Shown here in pieces: positions 14,071-28,418 of a DNA stretch of 64,000 nt. The position numbers and the translations under genes are program-made. Position 1 is the first letter of the stretch. Each line of letters opens with the position of its first letter. The stretch lies in NCBI RefSeq assembly GCF_009914755.1, contig NC_060935.1. One strand, written 5' to 3'. Below the pieces are notes generated by a model. The model was not told where the DNA came from. It was given only the letters and a program-made list of their open reading frames with translations, and did not search any database. Source of the DNA: the human T2T-CHM13v2.0 reference genome, Homo sapiens.

Positions 14071-14984
14071 TTGTTATCTCTAGCACTAAGATAGTTTCTG
14101 ACATATGGTAAGTATTCAGTGAAAAATGGTTGAACTAATTTTATTAAACCATCTCAATTCCAAGGCCTAGATACACCATCTATTCAAAGAATGTTTTCAT
14201 GATCTTTGCAAATCAAAATTGATATTTTTTCTGTATTCCAAGTTCTGTAGATTACATTCATTTGAGAGTATGTCTTGCTCCAACTTTATGGGGGTGGCCA
14301 GGAAAGGCATCTGATTCATCTTTGTATTTATCATAGGACATCTAGCATATTGGCTACCACAGAAAAATGGTTTGGCAAATATGAGACGAATTAATGGATG
14401 GATGAATAAATGAATAACATTGGCTACGTGGCCTCTTCTCCACTTCAGCACAGGTGAATTTCAATGAATTTTCATGAAATACCCAAGGCATATAATTGAC
14501 TCAGTGCTCTCAATCAGATAATTCCTTCCATTTTCATTCTGATGAGAATTTTTATTGGCTGTGAATTAATTTAATCATTGCATTCATATTCTCTGTACAG
14601 AAGCCCAGGGGCTCTAAGGTGATGGGTTCTGTTAATTAAATTAAGTCAAATAATAATGATCTTTAATTTCCTAAAATCAGGATCACTGAACATATGAGAA
14701 GCATCACTTAATGCAATTTTTATGATGTTCTTATTTCTGTGTTAACAGAGACATTGGTAGACTGTGTCCTCACTATTGGGAGATTTGGTGGCCTTAAAAC
14801 ATCTCCTTACTTAAAAATAACTCTCACACCAGCCTGCCTCACTCTCTAAGATTCTACCATCAATATTTTATTTTGTTGGGTCAATAAGAGATCCCTTTTA
14901 AAATGCAAATAATATACGTCAGGGAAAGCAAAACATTATGTGATTCATCACATCCCTTTTATCTTTTTTGTGAAGGCTAAAAAG

Positions 14985-15190
14985 CAAGCCAACATCTATT
15001 GAGGAACATCTACACACCAGGCATTGTACAAAGCATTTTACATATATTATCTCATTGAATATTCACAACTCTATGAAGTATTTCTTCATTTTCACATTAG
15101 AAACCCAAAACTCAAGGAAGTTCAAAGACAAACAGGAAACAGCAGAACTGAGATGCTGGATTTGGTTTTAGTAACATCATTTTCTACTTT
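14985..15190 (-). mobile_element. MIR SINE
   Basis: aacatctattgag...ccaggcattgtacaaagcattttacatatattatctcatt...cacaactctatgaag. Confidence 0.65.
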
Positions 15191-17214
15191 ATTGGGCTGC
15201 TTCCTCTCTAAGAGAATGGAATTATGAGAGAGATGCATAATGTGGGAATGTAGAAATACAGGGAAAACAGGTAAGGCTATATCAAGGGCTATAATGAAAG
15301 ACTGTAAACTTCTATTGGACAATTGGGGGTATTGAAAGGATTCCAGGAGAAAAGGAGGTGGTTTCAGAACTCACTGTCCATAAAATATCTAGGCAAACTT
15401 ACTCTATAGGATAGCTGATTGATAGTTAATTTGGAAGGAGATGCTTGCTGACAAATGTCATTTCTTACATACATAATAAGTTAAAAATAGAAACTGGAAA
15501 AATATATACAGTAAGGTACTACTTTATTTGCATGTAACTTTTTATTAAAAAATCATATATTGAGAGATTTTTCAAAATTTTTCACGTTTGTACACCATTG
15601 ATTATAAAGCATTTACAGGGAAAGACTACAGAGATCTATAGTACAGACTGTGAAGACAGAAATTACAACAGTCCAACCATATACCTTTTTCACCAGTCTT
15701 TGACCTGACTTGGAATCATATACCTTTTAACCTGTTTCAGAATATGTGACATTTAGTCTGAGTCTTACAGATGAAATGTGCCTCACCAAAAGACTGGCCT
15801 ACGTAAAATACACCTGATGTTATAGCTACCTGTTCAACTTTAGTGCCTTTGTAGAAATGAGTTAAATCAGTCTGCATTTTTGCCAATTGCAATTTCTTGG
15901 CAGCTTTTCACCTTCAATTTTAAGAAAAGTCACTTTGGGAAAAGCTGTGATTTTATATTTTTCAGTGTAAATTAATTCTTCACTCTTAATTTTTATACTC
16001 ATTAATAGTTATCATAGGATTGGGATGGCAGGGGGAGTGTCAAGAAACTAGTGAAATCAGCAAGTTTAAAGAGAAAGGGTTACCTAGATTTTAAAAGGCA
16101 TGATTTCACCCTTGACTTACATTTTACATCTGAATGAAATGCCTCAGCCAAAGTCCTCCTACAACCTACCACTCTGAGTGGGAAATGGCTCCCCTGAAAC
16201 ATGTACATCTTTTTGTGGCAAATGCACTGTGAGTCGCTGCTTATAGAGACACCACAGGATCAATATTGCAGGGCACCCCAGTGTACTGTATTATTGTTAA
16301 AATCCTGCTGGCTAGAATTCAGATTTCCATTTAATTGTGTTCTTATTTAAAATGTCTGCTGCACCTGCAGCCAACTCGATCACTATTAGCTATTTGCCTG
16401 GTGTTATGTACATCTATGAACAATAAAAACTTTAGAAAAAAATGTCAGCAGAGATGCATAGATCATAAATCACAAGATGATAACATTTCACATGAAAAGA
16501 AAGTCTTCAAGAAAACAGTCCCAGTGATATAAATATTGAATTTACCACCAATGCCATATCCCTATGGAGGGTGGACAATAGGCCATTGCTTAAATGGCAA
16601 AAGGGATGAGCTTTCTTCTTTATCTGTATTCACTTTTCCTTTTATTTCATTCCTAGGAAAGAGAAATACCAGAGGAGAAGCTTAAAACAGATTAGCCTGT
16701 GAGCACTGTATATAGGCTATTACATCATAACTGTCTTTGAAAACTCTCAAACAGCTGACCTGTTTATATTACAAGACAGGGTCAATTTCCATTCTAGTGA
16801 CTCTTTTGATGTTTGTGAATACTAATGCTCTCCCCAGAATGCTGGCTTTAGAATAACGGCAATTGAACCATTAAGCCTTCTCTGATGCAATCTTTCTGCA
16901 GCTAGATAGGATTCTATACATGGATTTCATTGAGCCACACAGCTTGGCATGATCAAAAGCTTTGCTGGAGCCATCAGTAAATAATGTTTCAAATAACAGA
17001 GTCACATTGATGCTTACATTTTCTACTCTAGTCACTGAGGATGTGTGTGTTAGTGTGTGTGGATGTATGTATGTAACACAATGCCACAGTTTTGCTTCTG
17101 TTGGAACTCTGATGATAAAACATCAAAATGATACAACAGGGTCATTTTTATGGCAAATGTCTGAGAAACACCAAAGGGTTCCACAGCTGCATAAAGTACC
17201 AAAGAAACTGTTGT

Positions 17215-17560
17215 GTCTGTGATGTGAGCAAGACACTGGTTTAACTTTCATTTCTGCATCTTGCCAACTGTGGAAACTCAAACAATTTACTTGACCTAGG
17301 CTTCTGATGCCCTATTTCTAAAATGGAGAGGACATCATCAACCTCACAAGGTTATAAGGCAGAATAAATTTACATTTGACAATGACAACAAAAATAACAA
17401 CAATCATAATGGTTAACATTTATCAGGAAATTAATAAATGTCAGGCATTCAACAATTTATGCACATTATCTCCAACTGATCTTCACAATAGCCTCATAAA
17501 GTAGGCACTATATTTATTCTATTCTACATATAAAGAATGTAAGACAGAAATAAGATATAC
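17215..17560. mobile_element. Two opposed MIR fragments
   Basis: Sense core (ctaaaatggagaggacatcatcaacctcacaagg) followed by an antisense copy (gttaacatttat...tcttcacaatagcctcataaagtaggc). Confidence 0.55.
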
Positions 17561-19124
17561 AGCGATGAGTAAAAGGTTTTTCATGCATACCAATTGACTT
17601 AAGACAAACTGAATGAGCAAATCGTAATTTTCTGCCTATCAGACCTAAGCCAGTACATGTTTTTAATGGAAAGACAGTTCAAATCAACATATTATAGTTG
17701 AATATTAGCAATGGATGAGTCTTTAGGTTTTGTGACATCCAACACAACACATTCTAAAGTAGAAATTCAGACATCAGCATCTCATCATCCTGACCACCAC
17801 CTTTCAGCACCAATGATCCCTACCTCGAAAACAATTCTGATCCATGTTTAGACAGGGCTCCATGTTAGAAAGGATTTTAATCTGCTTCCCTTTATATTCC
17901 AACCATGGGCCCCCTCTGGAGATATATCCTCCCATTACTGACAAATAGTTTTCTTATTTCCCCTAAGCCTTCATTGGGCTAAGCATCCCTGGCTTCTCAA
18001 CTATTTCTCTTACAACAGTGTCTTCACAATCCTAAGGTTTGCCCCTGGTTTGTCAATATCACACTGAAAATATAGCAACCAAATTCTAGTCTCAACATAA
18101 ACCCTGCATCCTCTGTGCATTTTAGTTTTTAATTAAAGTAGTTTTTAAGAGTAGTTTGTAGATTTAGTTTTTGAAAAGGTAACAACTTTTCTTGTCTGCC
18201 ATAATCTACATAGAGAAGCAGATTCTGGGTATTCTTTCCCTCCAGAACGTGGTCTTCTGTTGAAGGCTTCACTGCTACCTCTTCCACTTGCACAAGTGCA
18301 GACTTGCTATGCAGAGGGAAGCACATTATAAATTATTTAAATTTTATTTAAATACCTTTCTAGAGTTTAATCTTCTTCAGCCAGCTGGGCACCAAGTGTT
18401 TGATAGTTTCAGTTTTGTACTGGCAGGTGAATAAGACACAGAGTCTTCCAATGGAAATACTGACTCTAAAAGCTTAATCACTGAAATTATAATTTGCTCC
18501 CTTTAGGGCAGGAAGGGGACCTGAATTAAAGACAATTTTTCTGCAAAGTAAGGGATTCTTTTTTATGGCAATGGTCCCAAGGTTCAAATTGATTAAACAT
18601 GTATAGTATTTTTTATTCCACTTTGAGATAGTGGAAGAATGTTTCAATTCTATTATTATCTGGCCATATTACTTTGGGCACCTCTGTGTGTCAAATCCTC
18701 ATCTGTGAAACGGGTATAACATTTATCTAACTAGATGTGTTCCAAAGATTAAACAAAATATCATATATGAAAGCACAAACGTTGTAATATAATTACCACT
18801 GACAAGAAGGGGCCATGAAGTAGGAGAAAGAGGTGGCAAGAGGAAGAAGAAATTAATACTCAGGAAGAGGAAAACCAGTCTTTTAGGCAAGGTAGAGAAC
18901 CACGAAGTTAATTTCTTAATTAGCAATGAATTCTATTTGTATAACTATTGTGCTTTCACCTACAGTTCCCTTTGAATCTCAAAGCTGCCCTGTAATGTAC
19001 ATAGGGCAAGTGTCATTGTTACCATACTTTATACATGTGAAAGGAGAGGTTGGGGGAGATAAAGTACCAAATCTTCAGGATCATTCAGTTTTATTTTCTA
19101 TAAAACTCTGATAATAATAATTAC

Positions 19125-19503
19125 AAGTTTTTCAGCCAAGCTTCCTCAGAGAAACAAGAGGAAGAGAGATTTCAATAAATTGGCTCCTAGGATTATGGCT
19201 CACAAGTCTGAAATCCACAGGATAGGCCAACAGGCTAGAAACTCAGGCAGGATTTACATACTGCATTCTTGAGGCAGAATTTCCTTCCTCTCCAGGAAGC
19301 CTCAATTTGGCTCTTAAGGCATTCAACTGATTGGATAAGGTCCACTCACACTATCCAGGATAATCTCCTTCACTTAAAGCCGAATGACTGTAGATGTTAG
19401 CCACATCTACAAAATACCTTCACAGAGACATACATACTAGTATTGAACCAAACAACTGGGTACCAGACTCTAACCAAGTTGACACATAAAATTGACCATC
19501 ACA
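19125..19503 (-). mobile_element. MLT2 (ERVL) solo LTR, MLT2D-like
   Basis: Ends in ccaagttgacacataaaattgaccatcaca, the reverse complement of the MLT2 start; ttcaactgattggataaggtccactcac motif. Confidence 0.85.
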
Positions 19504-19689
19504 CTGCCTTACAGAGTGTTAGTAAGATGTAGAAGAAAACGGGTGTGCTGATTCAAAGTGGTGAGTGCTATAGATGAGCACAGGTGGAAATTGAGGAGTT
19601 GCTTAACATAGGCATGGGGTATCAGGGCAGAATTCCAGAAGGAAGCCATGCTTTAACAGACCTCTTCACCTCTCCCCATTGTCCACAGT

Positions 19690-20986
19690 CAGGAGTGACT
19701 CAAGGTGTGTGAAGTCTGAAGCTTCTACAACTTGGCAGTCCTTTTTAAATTAAAACCACTAAAAACTAGGCATGGATGTATATTTTTATTTACAATAATA
19801 AAAAATCATCATCATTACAAATTTAAAGCAAGTGAGAAATTCCATACTTAACAATTTGGACAACATGAATGCGTATATTCTTCTGTCTTATATTTCCTTG
19901 TTAAAGAATAGAGAAAAATCAAATTAAAAGTTAATGAAATATGAAAGGAAAGTTAACAAGATAAGTACTGGAATCAATGAAATTATTTTGACATGGAAAG
20001 GAAAATTGTAAAAAATAATTTTTTCAGATCATACCCAAGACCGTAATTTATTAAGAGAAAGAGATGGATTTTGAATAGCAGTAACAAATGGACTTCTGGT
20101 TTATTTGATAATTGAATTAATGAAAAAAAAGTGACTCATATGATCACACTGTCAAAAGATTTTAATTCCTGTTGATTTGATACTTAAATAATGAAAAGTC
20201 ATGTTAATTTTCTGGATTTTGTAATGCTTGAGCTAGTCATCAGCTTTTAAAATTACATACAATGCCTCACTGAGAATCTTCCTGACAGGGGAGAATTTCT
20301 CTTTTGACCAGGTAGCAAAGATACAATTTTACATGTCTGATATTCAGAAGAATTTTCCATACACCAGCTTCTGGCTCCTACATAGCAAGGCCTGCCTCTC
20401 TTCCCCTACCCATGCACTTCCAGCAAGTGCTGGGCATATAGAGTGTTCTCTTATTATAAGACAACTTCTGGTCCTAAACTTTAGTTCATGACACCAGTTG
20501 AGTCAGCCCAGAGAGTAGCAGGAGTACTCTTGGAAACTTGGTACATCAGGATTACTAGCAGTGACTTAATTTTACAGGGAATTAACTGTGAGTCACATAA
20601 ATGTGATCCTCTAAATTTAAACCAAAAATATCCTCAACTTAACCTCCTCAATGCCCATGGTTACTCCAAAACCACCCAACAGGAGTGGAAGAGGGATGGA
20701 GGGGAAGAGGGATGGAGGGGAAGCTAGAGTGGAAAGAGACATCGGTTGCAAATTTTAATTAAAATATCTTACTTTACAAATTATACTATATACATATAGT
20801 ATATAAAAATATATAATTTGTATATATACACTATATATAAATATATATAATTTGTGTATATATACACTATATATACAAATACATATAATTTATATATATA
20901 TACACTATATATACAAAAATATATGATTTGTATATATAGACAATATATGTACAAAATAATTAGTATATATAAAATATATATATATA

Positions 20987-21026
<40 letters not shown>

Positions 21027-21631
21027 AAATATATTATTGCTACATCAGCACTGTGCTCACTCAGCTGGCATCACAAAATAAATTTAGGACCAGAAGTTGT
21101 CTTGAGATAAGACAATACCTCATATGCCTAGCACCTGCTGGAAGTACATGGGTAGTGGAAGAAAGGCATGGTTTGCTATGCAGAAGCCAGAAACTGGTCT
21201 ATGGAAGATTCTTCTGAATATCAGATATGTAAAATCTTCTCTCTGTGCTATAATATTATATATATGTATATATAAAAGTTATTTTATATATACACATTAT
21301 ACTATAAAGTATATATAATTTGTGTATATATACGCTATATATAATTTGTAGTATAAACATCATATATATCAATATATAGTATATCTCACTATACATCTAT
21401 ATATTTTATATAGTATAATTTACAAAGTAAGATATTTTATTATATAGTATAAAAATATTATAGTATAAGATTAAGGATGCTTTATAGTATTTATAAGTGT
21501 GTGTGTGTGTGTGTGTGTGCCTGTGTGCGTGTGCAATACCAGGTGATCACAGCCAGGGCATTGAAAAAGACTTACTTTATAAGTGAAGGACTCTGAAGCT
21601 TCATTAGTTTTCAGGTAAATCATCAGCCTCT
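19690..21631. mobile_element. hAT-Tip100 DNA transposon fossil (Zaphod/MER115-like), internally rearranged
   Basis: Left end cagg...gtctgaagcttctacaacttgg; right end ctgaagcttcattagttttcaggtaaatc...gcctct. Confidence 0.6.
20780..21030. repeat. TA-rich minisatellite (~36-38 bp unit, ~4 copies) followed by (TG)n(TA)n
   Basis: Recurrent atataatttg(tg)tatatatacactatatata(c)aaa. Confidence 0.8.
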
Positions 21632-22084
21632 ACCTAGTGCAAAAATACTTCTGTTTTTCTCCAAAGGGAGAAGACGAAAAGCTTTTCAAAACTGTATGGC
21701 ACCTCTGTATCATGTGTTAACTTGCATCTTAGGCTCCATTTGTTCTTCGTATACATTTAGGGCTCACCTCCCAACTGAGCAGTGAAGTTTCATGAAGTCA
21801 GAGACTGCTATTTCTCACTTTGTATCCCTTGCAACTAGATCAGTTTGGGCAATGAGTAAGCACTTAATAAATATTTTACTTATTAGCAAAATGATTAGGA
21901 TTTTATATTAAAATTTGATAAAATTGTAAAGAGCATTTTTGATCATAAAACTTTAAAAAGCACTTTTGATAGTAAAACCACTTATTAACAAAATGATTTT
22001 CAACAAAATGAAGGGAGAACACTTTTTAAACAATTATAGTGGCAGCCTTCTCATCAAAGCACCTGTGGCTGCACAGATGTTCAC

Positions 22085-22653
22085 AGTTTTTATGGCTACA
22101 AACAACTTACCTCCAAAATTTATCAGCTGAAACCCACAATGATCGTTTATTTTTGCTCATAGTTTCTATGGGCTGAAAATTTGGTGCAGCACAACTGGGT
22201 GGCTCCGGCTTTAAGTCTCTTGAAACTGCAGTCAGATGGCGGCTGGGATGAGGTGATCTCAAAGGTCTCTTCTCTTCACTCAGCTGTCTGATCCCTGGGC
22301 TGGAAGACTCCAACGGCTGGGGCTGAAACAACTGCAGCTCCTCAGGAATCTTTCTCTGTCTCTTTGTAGTCTCTCCACATAATCTCTTTAGCAGGCAGCT
22401 TCTGGGGAGCTGGACTTCTTATATGTTAGCACAGGCTCTCAAGGCGCATTTACTAAGAGAGAGAGCTAGTAAGAAGCAATTTTGCCCTTTATGACACAAT
22501 CTTGGAAAATATGTAGCCTCTCTTCTACTGCATGCATGCTATTGGTTGGGAACATCTAACTCACTTCCTATGCAGTGTCAATGACATATTGTAACATCAT
22601 CTGGGACAAGATACACCCTGGTGTGGCCATCTTGAGAAAATACAATCTGCACA
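22085..22653 (-). mobile_element. MaLR LTR, MLT1G/F-like
   Basis: gctcatagtttctatggg...gcagtcagatggcggctggg...ggacttcttatatg; ends ggccatcttgagaaaatacaatctgcaca. Confidence 0.75.
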
Positions 22654-23047
22654 ATAGGGGACAGAGGTTTCTAAATTTGTAAGCATTTTTTTGAAATAAT
22701 AAAAGTTTGTATACACTCTTGCTAATAATTACCATTCTTTATGTATCTGATCTTCAGGTGGCCCTGCTTATGAAATAGCGTGCTGCACATGCACACTTGT
22801 GGTAGCCTTACATTCAAGGTGCGCACTAGTGGATGAGGCTACTTTGAAAATATCTGATCCATTCAGTCTGTTGTGGTTTTAGAAGTGTCTTCTATTGTCT
22901 GGGCAGGAAGGTATAAAAAAGAATAAAAAAGAAATGTCTTCTAGAGTTCCTCTCTAACAAGCCCATCTCCTTGTTTCCACCACTATCCACTATGGTGGAC
23001 AAAATTTAATAACTAATATTAGTACAGCCCTATATCTGATTGTACAT

Positions 23048-23640
23048 TATGGGGACATAACAGGAACCTCTTTTGGCCCTATTCAAATTCCTAAGCCTCT
23101 GGCCACTTGGCCCTCACTTGGCCACTGCCATAACACAGACGCACTGTGCAAAGCTGGGAAGTTATGCTCCTTGAGCTGAATAGCTTCATTCCTGTAGTAT
23201 CCAACTCCTTTCACCACTCCTACTTCCAGATTTCAATGAACTGCCATGCAATAGGATATGGGATCTGACTTTCTGAGCAGCTGTCAAAGTAAATTTCCCT
23301 GTGGCACAAATTGTGATCAATTGCAGACAGGATACAGAAGGAAGCCAGCAGATAAGTGCCCTCTGCTTGCTCCCAATGACAGTTAGTCTGGAGGAAATGT
23401 ATTGTCTGGAGACATCCTGCAAGACCAAGCTGGTATACCTACCAAGTGACCCACTATTTCTCTGTGTGCCTCAGCATGCCACAGTGGCCAGCATGGTACT
23501 ACATCCCATTACATAATTTTTCTTTCTTACCTGTTACACTTCCTTTGTCACTTTTAATGCTGTGAGATGACCACTCCCCAAAAAAGCACCAGCAATTAAT
23601 TCTTTACTCAGACTCTCTGTTTTAGAGAACCTAGGTCAAG
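23048..23640 (+). mobile_element. LTR16-family (ERVL) solo LTR
   Basis: gaaggaagccagcagataag; 3' end ctcagactctctgttttagagaacctaggtcaag. Confidence 0.55.
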
Positions 23641-25439
23641 CCTGAAACGATTGATATTAGTATCATTGTCTTCATTTTAAACTTGAGGAACCTAAGATTC
23701 AGGGAAGTTAAATGACTTCTACAAAGTCTCATAGCTGAATGAAAAAACACTGAATTTGAAATAAGATATTGTTTCAGCTACAAAGCCCACTCTGTTTTTC
23801 CTTCTATACCTTATTGCTTTCTCAAGGACTATAGGACCTAAGGAAGCTAGAAAACAGTGTTGTTGCCCTGAGGGCAATAGTGGATTAAATAAACACTGAG
23901 AGGTAAATGTAATATAACATAATATAATATAGTTATTAATTAAATTAAACAATAATAGTGTTTAATATTAAATAATAATACCTAACATTTGTTGAGCCCT
24001 TACTCTGCGCTAGGCTCCATTCACAGTAACATATATGAGTTAATTTAATTTATTTACAAATCTTTATAATTGAACTAGTTTATCATCATTACTTTATAGA
24101 TAGGAAAACTGTTGCACAGAACGGTTTTTTGCACAGGTGCCAGGTGGTAAAGTCTTTGTATTTCTCAGTATCCTTTCCTTTGAAATGTAGACATACTTCT
24201 TCTCATGCCTATCTCACCACATTCTTGTAAAAATTAACATAAAAATGCTTAGAAAAAATGCAAATATAAAGCATCTTTAAATTAGATCTGTCATTTTGAT
24301 AAACAGAGTGGGAGACAAATCAATGCACAGGCAGCAATCAGAAAGCAAATCCTAAAGCGTGAGCCTCAGCCAACAACAGGCTGTACCAGTTAGAGCTACA
24401 TTCCCAAATAAGCATTGGCCAGGCATGCAGATTCACACTGTGGAAAAGTTCACTGCTCTCCCTCCTGCCTCCAGATCTCACCCACAAACATGAACAGAAC
24501 TCATGAGCCTTTTGCTCCTCCTCTGAATTCAGCATATGCATTTCCTGCCAATTTCTTCTTATTCAAAGATTACATTGTATCAATAAAATTCATTTAGAAG
24601 GAATCACAAGTCATCCTCAATCCTACAGCCTAGAAGATTGGCTAATTTCATGGGTCTGATTTCCCTTTCAGTCCCCATCATTATGTGTGAACATTTTTTA
24701 CATGGCTGTAACTACAGTGTTGGGGTGGAGGGGAAATTCCGTTTTATTTTACTTAATATTATAGGATAAATTTTTAACATATTTCTAAAGAATCACTGCT
24801 GTCCAGATTGAGCAGCTACCTAGAAGAAGATTTCATCATTAAATGTAGTTAATTTTCACTATAAACTTGATAACAGACAAGATCAAGGCAACGGGTAATC
24901 CTTCACTGCTACCCTTTCTAAATCCCTTAATCTGGCCCCACTATTATTGTATTTTCCCAGCCCGAGTTTATCACTGGCTAATCAACCTCACCCTAATTTC
25001 TATCAGGTCAGAGACATCTCTTTCTTATTCAACTCTGCTTCAATAAATCACCTACGAGTATTTGGCATGCAAAATATTCCTCCCCTGTGTCTCAGAAACC
25101 ACACAAAATTCCCATTATACTACGTTTTACATGGAATTTCCCAATCAGCTTCATCTCCCAAGAGCACATAGAACAATGATCAATACAAATTAAAAATAAA
25201 CAATGCAGGCTGATTATACTTGAAAAGATATTAACTTTAAAATTACTGTTAATTGTATCCCCAAACTCATGATCTGGCTTTGGTGAGAGTTGCTATAGTT
25301 AATTTCTAAAAATTGAAAAATGTAACATTCAAATAACATAAATTGTTAAGCTTTCTTAGGGCAGAGACTATTTCTTTGCTCTAAAGTCTACCTTAACTGA
25401 AGCTCCCATAACCACTGTGCTTTATTTTTAAGTAATGTT

Positions 25440-25552
25440 TCCATGGTATAATTATTTTTTCATTCTCTCACTTGAATAACTTATTTTATTGTATCTAAAG
25501 TAAGTTTATTGTAGACAGCATATGATTGGATCATGTTTCTAAATCCACTCTG
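25440..25552 (-). mobile_element. Old L1M, left piece (continues at 33322)
   Basis: gtagacagcatatgattggatcatgtttctaaatccactctg joins caatttttttgtcttctaattggtgtgtttagacca at 33325. Confidence 0.7.
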
Positions 25553-28050
25553 GGTTTTAGGGGCTTTTTTCCAAGATAGTGGATTGGAGGTATTGTTAGC
25601 ATGCATCTCCCACTTTGAAACACAAATACTGTGTAGATATTCACACTGTGAATTTTTTCCAAGAAGCAATGCACCAACTTAACAGGAAAACTTAAAGAAA
25701 CTACAGACCCTTTGAAAGCAGCAGCAGGCTGCAGCCTGCATTATGAGCCAGGTAGAAAACTGTAAGACCCCAGAGTGTGAGAAAGGGATAAACTGCCTCT
25801 GGGATATACACTCCCACTGGGGAACCTGGCAATCCAGGCCACAGGGGAAAGCATTAACCCTACCCAGCACTGGAGCTGATTTAGGCAGCAATGGGAAGTA
25901 CATGAGAAGGAGTAGTATCGAAACATGCTTTGCCTAGGCTTCTAGTCTCCAGTGGGATGGAGGGAAGCCATTCCTGATCCTACCTCACAGGGGACCCCCG
26001 GAAGTCAATCTGCTAAGTCAGGTGGCCGTGGCAGTTGGTGAGAAGCTCCCAACTGAGATTTGCAATACAATCTCAAGTGGAGATGAAATCCCTTGGCCAG
26101 AAGCAAAGGGCAAGTGGAAAGTGTGCTGCAACCACGAGTGCAAGAACTGGTCACCCCTACTTCGTGGGCAGACCAGGAAGGGTGTGGCCTGAAAGCTGAG
26201 GTTGCTGTCTACCCAAGGAATGCTCATGGCCTCGGGCAGTTTTGAGTTTTAAACCCAGATTGCCTGGAACTTAGCTAGCTGCTGCCAGTGGAACACTACG
26301 AGTGTGAGACCTGCCTTGCCAAGTGCATGGGAGCTGAGTGGGGCTTACTGTCACCTGCTACTCCATACTCCCCATGTAGACTCCTCTGTACAGCAGAGGC
26401 AGGTGCACTCCTCCCTGAAACATTACCCCAGCAACCAGAGAACTGCCTTCCATTCTCCACTGGGACCATTTCTTGCTCTACACATGGAGAGCCAGAGCAA
26501 GGACTTGCCTGACCCAGACCTCACGTGGCTTTGCCCCTCCACCCACCCTAGCAGATTAACACAAAGGACAGAAACTTTTGGAAGCTTTATGTCCCAGCCC
26601 AATGCCTGAGACAACAGAATACCTCTCCAGGTAACATAAGGTAGGCACAGATTCCATCACCATCACCACAGCTGGTGATCTTTTCTAAGCACCACTGACA
26701 TAGTCCATTACAGCTTTGTCAAAACACAGCATTCAGGAAGGAAAAATCTTGTGTGTGACCTCAACTGTCACCATTGCCTACATTACTCTGGCTAACCAGG
26801 AGGTCCTGAGTCTGTCCACGTGACCACATCATTACTACTATAACTGACATTTTAGAAAGCCAAAATATTAAGGCCATTTATAAACAAGGAATCTCACAGA
26901 GTCTACATCACTCCCCTGCCACCCCATCAGAGCTGGTGCTGGTACCCGCTGCTGGGAGACCTGAGCACAGGTCACATCACTATCACTAGATCCTATGCAG
27001 ACATTCCCCAGTACCAGCCTGGAGTATGGCAGCCGCATTGGGCAGCTAGACCCAGAGGAGCAGAAGTATTCACAGTAGTCTTTCTCTCAGGGACTCCTAC
27101 TCCTAGGGAAAGGGGAGTATACCACATCAATGAAGCACTCCATGGTACAAAAGAATCCAGAAGGCAGGTCTTGAGTCCCAGAACTTTGTGCTTGTGGGCA
27201 TTTCTTTCAGCAGAGGCACAGGTGAAATGCTGGGATCAACAGGGAATTTCTGTGTCTCTACCCTAATAATCAGGAAGTCTTGGTGCTTGTGAAGGGTCTT
27301 GGAGAGGTGACTTTTTTTTCCCTTCATCCACCACTGTAGACACAGCTGGAGCTTTGCTCATGGGAGCTCATGATAGGTGCACCTGTAATTAGCCTTTCTA
27401 GAGTACTTCAAGATGACTGCATCCCCACAAGAAGAGCAACCCCTAGGTTCAGGCTTGCATGAGGGGTAGAGTGACAATGCCTCTTTACATGGAACATCGG
27501 TATTCTTGCAGATAAAAGAGAGGCCTGTCTAATCTGAATAGATGGAATAATGGATCAAGAGTGTGACTGGAAGGTGGATCACCTTTCTGCTGGCCAGACA
27601 GGGGAGCTGAGGTGGCTCTCTCCCTCCCCACTGAAAAGACCTCAGTGTGTTTCACTGAGAGATTCTCTAGCCATCTCTGTCAAGACTGGGATCTCTGCCC
27701 ACCATTAGGGTTGTATTTACCCACCTGCTATAGCCACAACTAGTTTTTACCCATGGATACCTTCCCTATTGGCCTGAAGCCTGAATAGTTCAACCCAGTA
27801 AATAAACTACTCAAAAAATATAAATTTTTTGTAATGTACAGCACTGGGGAACAAGACAAGCTTCAAGATACTTCTGCCATTCCAACCCCACAGGAGACAG
27901 TGAACCTGCTCAAAAACCAAGCACATTGCTACTACAACCATCAGCTGAGAAAGCCATCATACAAAGACTCTGTATAACCAGGGAACTCATATACAGCCTT
28001 CACCCTGAAAGCACCAAAAGCCAAATGAGGGTATAATAAATTATAAACAC

Positions 28051-28418
28051 TGTATTAGTCTGTTTTCATGCTGATGATAAAGACATACCCGAGACTGGGC
28101 AATTTACAAAAGAAAGAGGTTTAATGGATTTACAGTTCCACGTGGCTTGAGAGGCCTCACAATCATAGCTGAAGGCAAGGAGGAGCGAATCATATCTTAC
28201 ATGAACTGCGGCAGGCAAAGAGAGAGCTTGAGCAGGGAAACTCCCATTTTTAAAACTATTAGATCTCTTGAGATTTATTCACTATCATGGGAACAGCATG
28301 GTAGAGACCCATCCCCATGATTCATTTACCTCTACCAGGATCCTCCCTTAACATCTGAGAATTGTGGGAGTTATAATTCAAGATGAGATTTAGGTGGGGA
28401 AACAGCCAAACCACATCA
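28051..28418 (-). mobile_element. THE1 (MaLR) solo LTR, THE1B-like, inside the L1PB 5'UTR
   Basis: tgtattagtc...aaagacatacccgagactggg...cagccaaaccacatca; 5-bp TSD aacac at 28046-28050 and 28419-28423. Confidence 0.93.

Noticed and set aside
17700-18090. Possible L3/CR1 fragment (also ~39850-40600)
   Set aside because: Similarity too weak to call by eye
28318-28328. DUX4 site in the THE1 LTR
   Set aside because: Minus strand reads TAAATGAATCA, mismatching TAAYBBAATCA at position 4
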